DNA from: Candidatus Chisholmbacteria bacterium | GTDB taxonomy: Bacteria; Patescibacteriota; Microgenomatia; UBA1400; JACOWY01 | Direction: 5' to 3' | DNA length: 42,933 bases | NCBI GenBank assembly: GCA_016176555.1 | Contig: JACOWY010000005.1 | Span: 1-42,933, forward strand | Shown here: positions 26,135-35,207 of the stretch, one piece after another | Layout: every line of letters starts with the position of its first letter | How positions within the stretch are numbered: the first letter of the stretch is position 1 | Position numbers and translations under genes: made by a program | The notes under the pieces: model-generated | What the model saw: only the letters and a program-made list of their open reading frames with translations | Databases searched by the model: none | Told to the model about the DNA's origin: nothing

Positions 26135-27043
26135 CTAGAGTAGAAGCACTAAAACTCCCAAAAGCACAGTCACGATTCCTGCTCCCAAAAGCCCCACCGT
26201 CGGTCCACTCACCCCAGCTTCAGGCAAATTATCTCCACTCGTTGGCTGCGACACTCTTGGGGCAGCAGAAGGCGTTGGTGTCGGCGATGCGCCACCAAGA
26301 TCACACGTGCAGTCCCCATCGTTGGGGCACAGCGAATTGACACACGAACCACTGACACACACCAGCGCCCCTACGCAATCGTTATCTACCGTGCAACTCC
26401 CTTGACACGCCGTGGCCGTCGGCGACGGTGATGGCGATGGCGAAGCCGTTGGACTTGGCGACGGTGAAGGGCTGGGGGAAGCAGAAGGTGAAGGTGAAGC
26501 GCAGCTTAATAAGGACTCTTCAATCGAAGCTACCAACTCATTTTTCTTCTTCTCTTTCTCAAAAACCCTGATTCTCACCTTTTTTACTCCAGCAGGAGGC
26601 AGAGGTTGATAAGTAAAAGTAAACGTGCCCTTTTCTTCGTCTGGGTGATCAAAATTTTGCTCATTATCCCAACCACTACTTGTCTCAGAAAAATCGGCAG
26701 TTACCGTAAAACTCTCCCGCTCCGGCACAGTCACTGTAAACCCATTACAAATTTGGGCTATTGGCCAAGGTTCTTCTTTCGCCGGAGCCGGAGCAGGTGC
26801 CGTCGGCGCCACCGGCTCTGGCCCAATTTCTTGAAGTCTTAACGCCGTGATAATCGCCACCGTCCCCAATAACAATACTGCCAACACCACGCCCACAATC
26901 AGGAGCGTCCGCCGTTTTTTCCCGCCGCCATTGCCCACATCACTCGAAGTAAAAGACGTTCCTGCCGTCGCTTCCGGGATTGGGCTGGGAGGAGGTGGTG
27001 GACTAGAAGGTAATGGTGGTGGAGCAATAGGTGGAGTACTCAT
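26135..27043 (-). CDS. Surface protein with N-terminal TM, Ser-Pro linker, Cys-rich module and LPEAG plus C-terminal TM
   Basis: Paralog of the adjacent gene: shared TALRLQxIGPEPVAPTAPAPAPAKE, eight-Cys module and LPEAGVS.PT.GLL.AG tail. Confidence 0.8.
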   Translation of the reverse strand: MSTPPIAPPPLPSSPPPPPSPIPEATAGTSFTSSDVGNGGGKKRRTLLIVGVVLAVLLLGTVAIITALRLQEIGPEPVAPTAPAPAPAKEEPWPIAQICNGFTVTVPERESFTVTADFSETSSGWDNEQNFDHPDEEKGTFTFTYQPLPPAGVKKVRIRVFEKEKKKNELVASIEESLLSCASPSPSASPSPSPSPSPTASPSPSPSPTATACQGSCTVDNDCVGALVCVSGSCVNSLCPNDGDCTCDLGGASPTPTPSAAPRVSQPTSGDNLPEAGVSGPTVGLLGAGIVTVLLGVLVLLL

Positions 27044-27086
27044 AGGTAAAAGGTGCCATGTCTATCACGGCTACTTTCTAAAAAAT

Positions 27087-27671
27087 CTACAACAGCAGTA
27101 CCAATATTCCGAGTAACACCGTTGTCAACCCTGCACTCAAAAGCCCCAAAGTCGGCAAACTCACTCCCGCTTCAGGCAGCTCCACCGTTTCCACCGTCTC
27201 CGGCGTCGGCTGAGGCCCACCCACCGCACAAGTGCAATCTCGCTCGCTCGGGCAGCTAGCATTCACACATACTCCGTTTGAGCAGATGAGGCTGCCAGCG
27301 CAGTCGGCATCCACTACACAATTGTTGTAGCAACCAGTGGGCGGAGAAGGCGAAGGAGTCGGAGTCGGCGTTGGTGAAGCCGATGGCGAAGGTGACGGAG
27401 ACGGAGAAGGAGACGGCGAAGGCGAGGCGGATGGGCTAGGTGATGGTGACGGTTTTGCCGATGGCGAAGGCGAAGGTGACGGAGACGGGCTCGCCTCAAC
27501 CGTAAACACCAACGTACAGACTGATTCCTTTGCCGGCGCCGGCGCCGGCGCAGTCGGCGCCACCGGTTCTGGCCCAATTTGTTGCAGCCTCAATGCCGTC
27601 ACCACCGCCACCACTGCCAATACCAGTGTAGCGATCGACAGTAAAACAACTAGCGCTGTTTTATTTTTCAT
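27087..27671 (-). CDS. Surface protein with N-terminal TM, Ser-Pro linker, Cys-rich module and LPEAG plus C-terminal TM
   Basis: Same architecture as 26135..27043 without its central domain. Confidence 0.8.
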   Translation of the reverse strand: MKNKTALVVLLSIATLVLAVVAVVTALRLQQIGPEPVAPTAPAPAPAKESVCTLVFTVEASPSPSPSPSPSAKPSPSPSPSASPSPSPSPSPSPSPSASPTPTPTPSPSPPTGCYNNCVVDADCAGSLICSNGVCVNASCPSERDCTCAVGGPQPTPETVETVELPEAGVSLPTLGLLSAGLTTVLLGILVLLL

Positions 27672-27679
27672 GAAAGTTT

Positions 27680-28666
27680 CTAATCACTTTTACCCCACTC
27701 AGTACAACGTGACTTTGAACTATCAGTGCACACCCGACACTGCACTTGCCAGCCTCCTGCCTTATCAATCATTATTTTTGCCGTGGCTTTCGCCTTGTTG
27801 TCGCTCCGCGTGCCCGCTACTTTGGTGTAAGCACCACTACCCACTTTGTAGCGGAACTCATACGCTGGATCAGCCGCCGAAAATTCTGCCTCACACGTAA
27901 ACGTCACTTCCTGGTTAAGTTTAGGGTGATCGACATTTTTACCCAAGCCCTCGCACTCCAGCTTCTCTTTTTTCTTTTTCTCACCTGGCTTATCAGTTTC
28001 AGTTACTTCCCGGTTACCCCCCGGCCCGCTACACGATGGGTCACACAAGCTCACCGCCTGCCACCCACCATTTTTATCTGTCGACCGTCTTCTATCCACT
28101 TGGGCGCAGGGGCTACTACTCGTACCGAAGGAAAAACTCGGACTTTCACCTACCCCGGACTCACATTTTCTGTCTGCACTGCAGCGGTCGCAACTAAAGA
28201 AGATATAATCCCAGCCGCTCTCTTGAATAATATTGTTCTTATCCACTTCGTCCCCGCCTGCTTTCTGTTTTTCCTCCCAAGAGTGCGAAGCATCCGCCGT
28301 CGGCACTACCTTACCTTCCTCATTCACAAACACCGCTAGGCCATCCCCCTTTGCATCGGTAATGGGTGCGTCTTTATATTCTTCTGTCTTTTTTAATTCT
28401 TTATTCCGGTCTTTTATACTGTCTTGCTCTTTGTCCCAATTTTTATCACTTCTTGTTGTCTGGTTTTCACCTGGCTTGGGCGGCGCATCCGGGTGATGCC
28501 CTCCCGGAATTTTGGCACACCAGGACTTTAGATGATCGTCAGGTTCGTTGACGCACTCCATCGCCCAAGCTTTAGTGGCCAAGATACCGAAAGCGACACT
28601 CATCGCCACTACACTCAAAACCGCCATACCCTTCCTGATGATTGCTAGAGAGAAATGTTCTTGCAT
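27680..28666 (-). CDS. Secreted Cys-containing hypothetical protein
   Basis: Signal peptide (..KAWA), paired cysteines, C-terminal beta-rich domain; tight operon spacing. Confidence 0.7.
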   Translation of the reverse strand: MQEHFSLAIIRKGMAVLSVVAMSVAFGILATKAWAMECVNEPDDHLKSWCAKIPGGHHPDAPPKPGENQTTRSDKNWDKEQDSIKDRNKELKKTEEYKDAPITDAKGDGLAVFVNEEGKVVPTADASHSWEEKQKAGGDEVDKNNIIQESGWDYIFFSCDRCSADRKCESGVGESPSFSFGTSSSPCAQVDRRRSTDKNGGWQAVSLCDPSCSGPGGNREVTETDKPGEKKKKEKLECEGLGKNVDHPKLNQEVTFTCEAEFSAADPAYEFRYKVGSGAYTKVAGTRSDNKAKATAKIMIDKAGGWQVQCRVCTDSSKSRCTEWGKSD

Positions 28667-28674
28667 AACACCAC

Positions 28675-29637
28675 TTATTCGCTCGTCAGAGTAGTGCTCA
28701 CCTTAACCACAATTGACTGCGGCATATCTTCCTCCTCGGGCGAGTCATAGGAAATAATTAGCCAATCAAATGCCATGATAGTGGGATCGTCATAGTAAGC
28801 TGTGAAATAACTCACGGTACCTTCTGGCTCACTCGTCAGCGCCATCTCGCCCAACAATATATATTCACTCTCTCCTAATAATTTGTACTCGCTCCCCCTT
28901 TGGATCCATAACTTCGGCACCGTCTCGCTCTCACTAGTCAACCCGGTGACTCGCGAGAATACAAAAACGAGTCCTTCTTCCGGATCGTACTTGAAGTAAG
29001 CCGAGCCCGAGACACCACTGTCTGGTTCAGCCATAGTCACTGCTTTAATAGACAAATCCACTGGTGCAGTCGGATCTTGAGATACGTACTTTTGCACTAA
29101 GTATTGGTACATATCGGGCATAATCTCCTTATTGTCAATCACCCCACTGGCTTGGAGTGCCGGAGCCCGCGTTTCTGTTGTCTCTTGTGGTGAACTCAAC
29201 CTCGTCACCCCCACTCCTATCCCTCCCCCGATCACCAACATTAAAGCCACTAAACCGACGACTTTCAGTGCTTTCGAGCCTTTTTTAACATGCTCTTGTG
29301 GTGCTTGAGGTGCCTCTACTTCAGGAGGGACCTGAGCCTCATCTTTGCTATCACTAGGGTCAGGCCCACTCGCCATTAACGTCGTTTTTGTCTCCGCTGG
29401 TTTGGCTGCTTTTGCCGGCTCTTCTTCCTTTAGTAAAGCCTCAGCTTTAGCCTTGGCCGCTTCCAGTTCCGAAGGTGTGGGTGCCTGAGTAGAATAGGGA
29501 GACGTCGTAGTTTGAGGTTCACTCGGAATTTCTGTCTGGGGGGTAGCCGAAGATTCTTGTGGGGAAGAACCGGCAGTAGTCGCAGGTGATTTTTGGGTAT
29601 CTGTTGAAGTAGGCGAGTCGGTCATGGGCAACACCAA
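28675..29637 (-). CDS. Single-TM protein with disordered N-terminus and acidic extracellular domain
   Basis: Ser/Thr/Pro/Glu-rich first third, one TM, beta-rich C-terminus; start may be ATG 29625. Confidence 0.7.
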   Translation of the reverse strand: MVLPMTDSPTSTDTQKSPATTAGSSPQESSATPQTEIPSEPQTTTSPYSTQAPTPSELEAAKAKAEALLKEEEPAKAAKPAETKTTLMASGPDPSDSKDEAQVPPEVEAPQAPQEHVKKGSKALKVVGLVALMLVIGGGIGVGVTRLSSPQETTETRAPALQASGVIDNKEIMPDMYQYLVQKYVSQDPTAPVDLSIKAVTMAEPDSGVSGSAYFKYDPEEGLVFVFSRVTGLTSESETVPKLWIQRGSEYKLLGESEYILLGEMALTSEPEGTVSYFTAYYDDPTIMAFDWLIISYDSPEEEDMPQSIVVKVSTTLTSE

Positions 29638-29662
29638 TAATTCGGACCATCATCTGAGTGTT

Positions 29663-31069
29663 TTAAACTTTGAGTCTCAATTGCCAAAACACTCCCGCAC
29701 CAAAGAGGCCCAGACCCAGTATGAAGAGGGCTAAGGTTGGTGTCAAGTTTCCCGCCACCGGCACCCCGCTCGCCGTTGAAGGTTGCGACACTCGTGCTGA
29801 ATCAGTCGCCGTCGGCGCAGGTGAAGGCGAGGGGCTGGCCGTCGCCGATGGCGTTGCTTCAAATGCCGGCAAACTCGAATTCCCCTCTGCCGCCAGCACT
29901 ACAAAAGACCGCGACAATCTTTGCAAAATCCCGTTCTCGTCAGTATAGGACACCGTCACCGTATGCTCTCCCGCAGTCAGGTCCGCTGGCGGCGACCATT
30001 GCCAAAAACCATCATTTCCCACTTCAATGGTATCCGTGTATGGCGTCGGCGACTCCACCGTAATCGTCAAGGTGACGTTTTTGGGGCTGGTGCCAAATAT
30101 TTCTGGCCTGGTAGTCGCTACTTGTTCGCCTTCCGCCTCAGGATTAACTATGCCTAGCTCATAAGACGAACTAGCTTCTTGAGCTGGCCCCAAAGACTGC
30201 AACGAAAACTTACTTTGCTCCAAAGTAGCCTCCGCAGTCTCACTGGTATCACCATCCAGTTCCGCTCCAGGGGGCACGCTAGTTTCCTCCTGATCTCCAC
30301 CCCCGCTTGAGCCGCGGAAATCCAAGGTTTGTCCCATAGTTATCGGCGGCACCGGCGCATCGTTAGCCGTGGTCGTCACCGCCGTCGCTGTTTGCCCTTG
30401 GCCATCTTGCACAAACAATTCCACCAAAGTTGCTTGGCGGTCGTAGTCAACATATTGAGCTAAATCTCGTGTTCTCGCCGTCGACAATGACACCGCCCAG
30501 TTGCCTTCAGCCTTAGCCAGAGCCGACAGCGGAGTTGAATTAGGCAAAGTCACATACACTAGCGCCCCCGAAGCTGGGCCACCTTGAGAAGTTTGGATCG
30601 TGCCGTAGACAGTATCAGCTGGCGGCGGCGTCCCCAACACCGCTGGCGTTTGCACCGAATAAGCTTGGCCGCCATTATCGAACAACACTCGTTGTGCCCC
30701 CGACCCTAGCTTAAAGTAATAGGTCGTCTCCGGCTTAAGCCGAGTCATAGTCACGTGATGCGTCAGATACGAGCCCACCGATCCCGACAACTGATCTCGA
30801 TCATCACTCACCGTTTGATCTAAGCTTCCCGCCGCCGTCCCATAACGCACAAAGCCCACCGTGACTTGGTCAGTAATCCAAGACACCGAAAACGAATTTT
30901 CCGAAATATTGGTAATTTTTATTTCTTTGGGTGTTTCCTCCGCTGCCGCCCGGGGAATGAGCGTCGCCCGTCCCACCAAAAATAAACCCGTCCCCAAGCC
31001 CGCAATCAAAAGCAGTAAGCCCAACAACGTGGGTATTCGTTTAGATAGAAGGTTGCTAAATACTGCCAC
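29663..31069 (-). CDS. Fibronectin type III / Ig-like surface protein with VPVAG plus C-terminal TM
   Basis: ITNISENSFSVSWIT...HHVTMTRLKPETTYYF (FN3-like); Ig-like TTRPEIFG..W.W.PP..L..GEHTVTV; start moved to GTG 31069. Confidence 0.82.
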   Translation of the reverse strand: MAVFSNLLSKRIPTLLGLLLLIAGLGTGLFLVGRATLIPRAAAEETPKEIKITNISENSFSVSWITDQVTVGFVRYGTAAGSLDQTVSDDRDQLSGSVGSYLTHHVTMTRLKPETTYYFKLGSGAQRVLFDNGGQAYSVQTPAVLGTPPPADTVYGTIQTSQGGPASGALVYVTLPNSTPLSALAKAEGNWAVSLSTARTRDLAQYVDYDRQATLVELFVQDGQGQTATAVTTTANDAPVPPITMGQTLDFRGSSGGGDQEETSVPPGAELDGDTSETAEATLEQSKFSLQSLGPAQEASSSYELGIVNPEAEGEQVATTRPEIFGTSPKNVTLTITVESPTPYTDTIEVGNDGFWQWSPPADLTAGEHTVTVSYTDENGILQRLSRSFVVLAAEGNSSLPAFEATPSATASPSPSPAPTATDSARVSQPSTASGVPVAGNLTPTLALFILGLGLFGAGVFWQLRLKV

Positions 31070-31403
31070 TGGTGGTTGCCTCCTCCGTGTCAGAAGTTGT
31101 ATCGATAGTAACACTTCCGCTTGCCTCAGGAGCCTCAACAGGCGCCAGCTCAATCGGCGTTACCTCTAGCGCATTAAGTTCAGCTGACTCAATGTGCAGT
31201 CGCCCCCGAATGAGCTCTAGCGCCTCTTGGTCCAAGCTTTCTTTTATGGGCTCCTGTTCCTCAGCTGATACCTCAATCTCCGCAGGTCTGGCCAAACTCC
31301 GAAACACTTCAAAACCTACCCATGCCAACACCGTGATCGTCGTAAATATCGCCAGGTAAAGATAAGAAACGGACAAATGATCAACATCAAGAGGCTGCTT
31401 CAT
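31056..31403 (-). CDS. Single-TM protein following pilO
   Basis: N-terminal TM, acidic tail; coupled to the pilO stop by an ATGA overlap. Confidence 0.7.
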   Translation of the reverse strand: MKQPLDVDHLSVSYLYLAIFTTITVLAWVGFEVFRSLARPAEIEVSAEEQEPIKESLDQEALELIRGRLHIESAELNALEVTPIELAPVEAPEASGSVTIDTTSDTEEATTSGSI

Positions 31404-32170
31404 CTGGAACCTCCTCCATTCGAGCCTGGCAGGGTACCATGGGCTTTAGCCCCATGGAGGAATGCCAGGCAGAACGAACTCCGACAGGCGAAGCCCGAGG
31501 ATACCACGGGCGTTAGCCCGTGGTTGTTCATAATCTCTGAGGCTGGCAACATCAGCGCCGCCCCTGTCAGCTCTGCTATTATAGGAAACCCCTGCCGCGA
31601 CACACCCTGGCTACTCGAAAGTAGCATCACTTCGTCAAGGATAATAATTCGATCCAGTCGCTCGATTGTCTCCAAAAACGCTTTGACATCAGCAAAATTT
31701 CCCCCCACCGTCAAAGACACCGGTACCCCTACTACCTCTTGTTCCCCCAAACTTTGTCGTCCCTCTTCTCCCTCAGGATCAATATCCGTGGCCACCAGAG
31801 TGACATTATTTTGCGCTGCCAGATATTCAAATGTCAAAAGCAATCGATCTGCTGCGGCATCGGCTGGCAGGACATTCTCCACCAAAACTAGCTCTTCCGA
31901 GAGATTCCCGAGCTCACCTTGGAGTACATTCAAGGCCGCAATCTTGGTATCCAACGCCGCATCGACTTTACGTTTATCTTCTATCTCCCGCACCAAAAGC
32001 CCAATCGTAGTCAACGTCGGTCGAATCGCCAAAAGAGAAAAAAAGGTCACCGTCATAAATGACAACAACACAAAAAACGACACTTTTACGATCGGTCGCT
32101 CGTAAATTTTCCGCAAATTCCCGTAGTATTGTCGATAGCGGTAATATTCCCGCCGATAATCAAAGACCAT
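31400..32170 (-). CDS. pilO: Type IV pilus assembly protein PilO-like, with element-derived C-terminal extension
   Basis: TM, coiled coil, LP...LL...LA and V.G.F..V..FL..IE.LDRII patterns; follows pilN; start moved to ATG 32170. Confidence 0.75.
   Translation of the reverse strand: MVFDYRREYYRYRQYYGNLRKIYERPIVKVSFFVLLSFMTVTFFSLLAIRPTLTTIGLLVREIEDKRKVDAALDTKIAALNVLQGELGNLSEELVLVENVLPADAAADRLLLTFEYLAAQNNVTLVATDIDPEGEEGRQSLGEQEVVGVPVSLTVGGNFADVKAFLETIERLDRIIILDEVMLLSSSQGVSRQGFPIIAELTGAALMLPASEIMNNHGLTPVVSSGFACRSSFCLAFLHGAKAHGTLPGSNGGGSR
31420..31530 (+). mobile_element. 111-nt miniature IS605-like element inserted in frame near the pilO 3' end
   Basis: Twin hairpins CCATGGG-ctttagc-CCCATGG and CCACGGGC-gtta-GCCCGTGG followed by ttgTTCA; removal restores ...SEINGGGSR*. 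Confidence 0.7.
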
Positions 32171-32768
32171 CGTTTCCTTCCGCCGCTTGTTGTCGCGGTA
32201 CCTCTTGGCTTTGCGCCGTCTTCGCTCCTGACCTTTGCGCCTCAATCTCAAAATCAAGCCCATTGCCCTGGCTCCCGGCGCTACTGATTCGTTTGACCGT
32301 CACCTTGGAGAATCCTTTTTCTGCCCGCATCGTGGAAAGGAGCGTCTGTAAACCCGCTTCAGAAAAAGCTATTCCTTGGAATGTCACCGCCTCGGGGGTA
32401 TAAGTTAAACTGGTATACACGAGATCTATCGGCGTTAACCGCGCCGTCGTGGTCATTAAAGTGGCCATACCTAACTGCTCCGAAGTCAATTCTTTGACTA
32501 AATCAAGCCTCGCTTGTAGCACCCGCACCCTAGACTCTATCGTCGCATAGGAAGCGAGGACATTCTGTTTTGCCGCCATGGCTTCATTAAGATCCGTCAT
32601 TTGCCGATCCAAAGAAAACCGCGCTAAAAATGAGCTAATCACCACGAGCTCCGTGCCGATGACAATGTACCTTCCCACCGTCAACGCCCATTTGAGAAAC
32701 TTGCCTAAAAAGCTTCGCTCAAATTCGTCTTTAGGGAGTAGATTAATGGTCAATGTCTGGGCAGTCAT
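32160..32768 (-). CDS. pilN: Type IV pilus assembly protein PilN-like
   Basis: INLLP motif, TM, coiled coil, P.D....SL....G.A domain. Confidence 0.8.
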   Translation of the reverse strand: MTAQTLTINLLPKDEFERSFLGKFLKWALTVGRYIVIGTELVVISSFLARFSLDRQMTDLNEAMAAKQNVLASYATIESRVRVLQARLDLVKELTSEQLGMATLMTTTARLTPIDLVYTSLTYTPEAVTFQGIAFSEAGLQTLLSTMRAEKGFSKVTVKRISSAGSQGNGLDFEIEAQRSGAKTAQSQEVPRQQAAEGNDGL

Positions 32769-32770
32769 AG

Positions 32771-32839
32771 CAAGATATTCCTTTAAAAATCTAAATCAGC
32801 GCTTCCTCGGCCCCGCTTAGCGAGGCGTAGAGATGCACA
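32771..32839 (+). mobile_element. Internally deleted copy of the 23253-23363 element, immediately upstream of pilN
   Basis: Shares CAAGATA, tcctt(t)aaaa(a)t, agcg.t.cctcg and gcga.g.gtagagat blocks in the same order. Confidence 0.55.
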
Positions 32840-32948
32840 ACCAACCTCTCTCTATTCGAAAAGAGGTCCTTAACTCCCAGTATAACAAGAGATCCTTATC
32901 AGCGCGATACTAACTGAATTCTAAAAGCAAAAGAGGCAATGCTGATCT

Positions 32949-33272
32949 CTAAGCAATTTTCTTCTTCGCCCGACCCGATTTTGTTTTTTTACTTACAGTT
33001 TTCTTTGCCGCAGCAGTTGACGTGGCCGCCTTGCCCATTTTCCGCGCTGCTTTTATCAATCGAGACTTAAGTCGCGCCGCCGTGTTGGGGTGAAGCACTT
33101 TCTTTTTGGCCGCTCTATCCAGCGTTGCCTGGGCTTTTTTCAAGCTATCCGAAGTTGGTCGCCATCGAGCCTGCTTTACCGCCAGACTCACTTGCTCCCG
33201 AATGCGCCGCTTAAATACCGTTCTCCTGATATCACGTCTTAAAGCTTTTCTCGCTGAAGTAGTTATTGGCAC
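32949..33272 (-). CDS. rpsT: 30S ribosomal protein S20 with Lys/Ala-rich tail
   Basis: PITTSARKALR...LDRAAKKKVLHPNTAARLKSRL; start moved to GTG 33272. Confidence 0.93.
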   Translation of the reverse strand: MPITTSARKALRRDIRRTVFKRRIREQVSLAVKQARWRPTSDSLKKAQATLDRAAKKKVLHPNTAARLKSRLIKAARKMGKAATSTAAAKKTVSKKTKSGRAKKKIA

Positions 33273-33332
33273 GGCGCTAATTTTAACAAAAACCTCTGGC
33301 AAAAACAATTCTTCTGGGGTACACTAGTCTAA

Positions 33333-35204
33333 ATGGTCAGCCATCTATTACAAGACAGCCGAATACCGTCCCGCTTAGCGGGGCGGATGAACCTGCCTGC
33401 CGGCAGGCAGGGGCGATCTAAAAGGAATGATCCGGCGAAGCCGGAGAATTCAAAGCGGCCCGTCAAACGGGCCAGCCACGTTCGACTGTGGCGTAACAAA
33501 CTGTTTTCTCTACAGAGAGAAAACCCCGGCCTATTAGGCCGGGGAAGTTTATTTCGTAATGGTTCTCGTTTGTTCTCCAGGGAACAAACCAATATTCTTT
33601 CTGCCGCCACGGTCATCACCGGGGCGGTATTTCTCGCGGCCATTGTCGGGGTTATTAGAAACAGGCTTTTAAACGCCTATTTTTATACCCCCGAGTTGTT
33701 GCCCCAACTTGACGCCTATTGGGCTGCCTTCCGTATCCCCGATACCATCTTCCAACTTCTCGTCATTGGCGCTCTCTCTGCTGCCTTTATCCCCGTTTTT
33801 AGCAAATATATTAACGCAGACAAAAATGAGGCGTATCACGTTGCCTCTGCCACCGTCACCGTCATAGTCTTCATTTTTGCCCTGGTCGCTACCCTCATTG
33901 CCATTTTTGCTCATCCCCTTTCCTCTTTCATCACTCACGGATTTTCCCCTAACCAAATCGACACCATGGCCAACCTCACCCGCATCATGATTTTTGCTCA
34001 GGTATTTTTTGCTGTTTCCAACTTCCTCACCGGCATCATTCAAGCCCAAAAACGCTTTCTCGTTCCCGCTCTCGCCCCCATTATGTACAACGTCGGCATC
34101 ATTTTAGGCACCGTGCTGTTGAGCCGCAGCATCGGCATCTATGGTCCAGCAGTTGGTGTCGTCCTCGGCGCCTTTCTCCACTTCGCCGTCCAGTTACCCT
34201 TAAGTCGAGAACTGGGTTTCCGGCTTCATTTCGTCTGGGATCCGTTACACCAAGGGGTCAAGCAAATCGCCCGCCTAATGGGACCCCGAACACTTGCTCT
34301 CTCTATCACCCAACTCGAACTTACCGTCATGGTGTATATCGCTTCCGCGCTCACTGCCGGCAGCCTTACCATTTTTTATCTCGCCCAACAACTCATGAAT
34401 CTCCCTGTTCGCTTAGTCGGTCTGCCCATCGGCCAAGCTTCATTCCCGTTTTTGGCTAAAGAAACTGCCGCCGAGGAAAAAAAAGAATTTACTCAAACCT
34501 TAACCCACTCCCTCCTCCAAATTCTCTACGTTGCCCTCCCTCTAAGTGCCATCCTCATCGTCTTGCGCATTCCTCTCGTTCGTCTTGCCTACGGAGTCAA
34601 AAACTTTCCTTGGGCTGCCACTCTCCTTACTGGTAAAGTTGTCGCCATTCTGGTTCTCTCCACCTTTGCCCAAGCTATTGCCCAAATTCTCGTCCGCGCC
34701 TACTATGCCAGACACGATACCAAAACACCACTCATTATCGGCATCGTCAGCGCGGCCGTTAATATCACCGCTGCCTTCCTCTTTGTCTTCCAGTTTAATC
34801 TGGGCATTATTGGCTTGGCCTTTGCCTTAACGCTCGGCAACATTGTTCATGGCGTCGGCCTATTAGTAGTCATGTATCAAAGACTTGGCAGCATCACCCA
34901 TCGGCAACTTACTGTCCCCATCGCCAAAATGGCCCTTTCCACTTTCCTCACCGGCATTTCGCTTTGGATTCCCCTCCGTCTTTTGGATCAACTTGTCTTC
35001 GACACCACCCGCACCCTCCCTCTGGTTGCCTTAACCGGCACCGTTGCTATCATCGGCACCGGCTTCTATCTGCTCTTTTCAAAACTTTTACGTATTAAAG
35101 AGCTCGATACATTCAAGGAGCTCATTCACCGAGTCGGTAACTGGCGCCACCTGTTAAGTCAATCCCAAGAAACCATCGGTCCCGTCCCCCAATCCCAGGA
35201 GTAA
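33333..35204 (+). CDS. murJ: Lipid II flippase MurJ (MviN) with a ~67-codon N-terminal insertion
   Basis: DAYWAAFRIPD, GALSAAFIPVF, ALAPIMYN and RAYYARHDTKTP motifs; many TM helices. Confidence 0.93.
   Translation: MVSHLLQDSRIPSRLAGRMNLPAGRQGRSKRNDPAKPENSKRPVKRASHVRLWRNKLFSLQRENPGLLGRGSLFRNGSRLFSREQTNILSAATVITGAVFLAAIVGVIRNRLLNAYFYTPELLPQLDAYWAAFRIPDTIFQLLVIGALSAAFIPVFSKYINADKNEAYHVASATVTVIVFIFALVATLIAIFAHPLSSFITHGFSPNQIDTMANLTRIMIFAQVFFAVSNFLTGIIQAQKRFLVPALAPIMYNVGIILGTVLLSRSIGIYGPAVGVVLGAFLHFAVQLPLSRELGFRLHFVWDPLHQGVKQIARLMGPRTLALSITQLELTVMVYIASALTAGSLTIFYLAQQLMNLPVRLVGLPIGQASFPFLAKETAAEEKKEFTQTLTHSLLQILYVALPLSAILIVLRIPLVRLAYGVKNFPWAATLLTGKVVAILVLSTFAQAIAQILVRAYYARHDTKTPLIIGIVSAAVNITAAFLFVFQFNLGIIGLAFALTLGNIVHGVGLLVVMYQRLGSITHRQLTVPIAKMALSTFLTGISLWIPLRLLDQLVFDTTRTLPLVALTGTVAIIGTGFYLLFSKLLRIKELDTFKELIHRVGNWRHLLSQSQETIGPVPQSQE
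33351..33551 (+). mobile_element. 201-nt miniature IS605-like element in frame in the murJ 5' end, with nested CCTGCCTGCCGGCAGGCAGG palindrome
   Basis: CAAGA start, left hairpin ccgtcccgc-tta-gcggggcgg-atgaa, right hairpin CCCCGGCCT-att-AGGCCGGGG-aagTTTA; length is a multiple of 3. Confidence 0.7.
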
Positions 35205-35207
35205 ATT

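Noticed and set aside
26400-27500. DNA tandem repeats or + strand Gly-Asp/Glu ORFs
   Set aside because: They are the antisense shadow of (Ser-Pro)n linkers with varied codons in the minus-strand genes.
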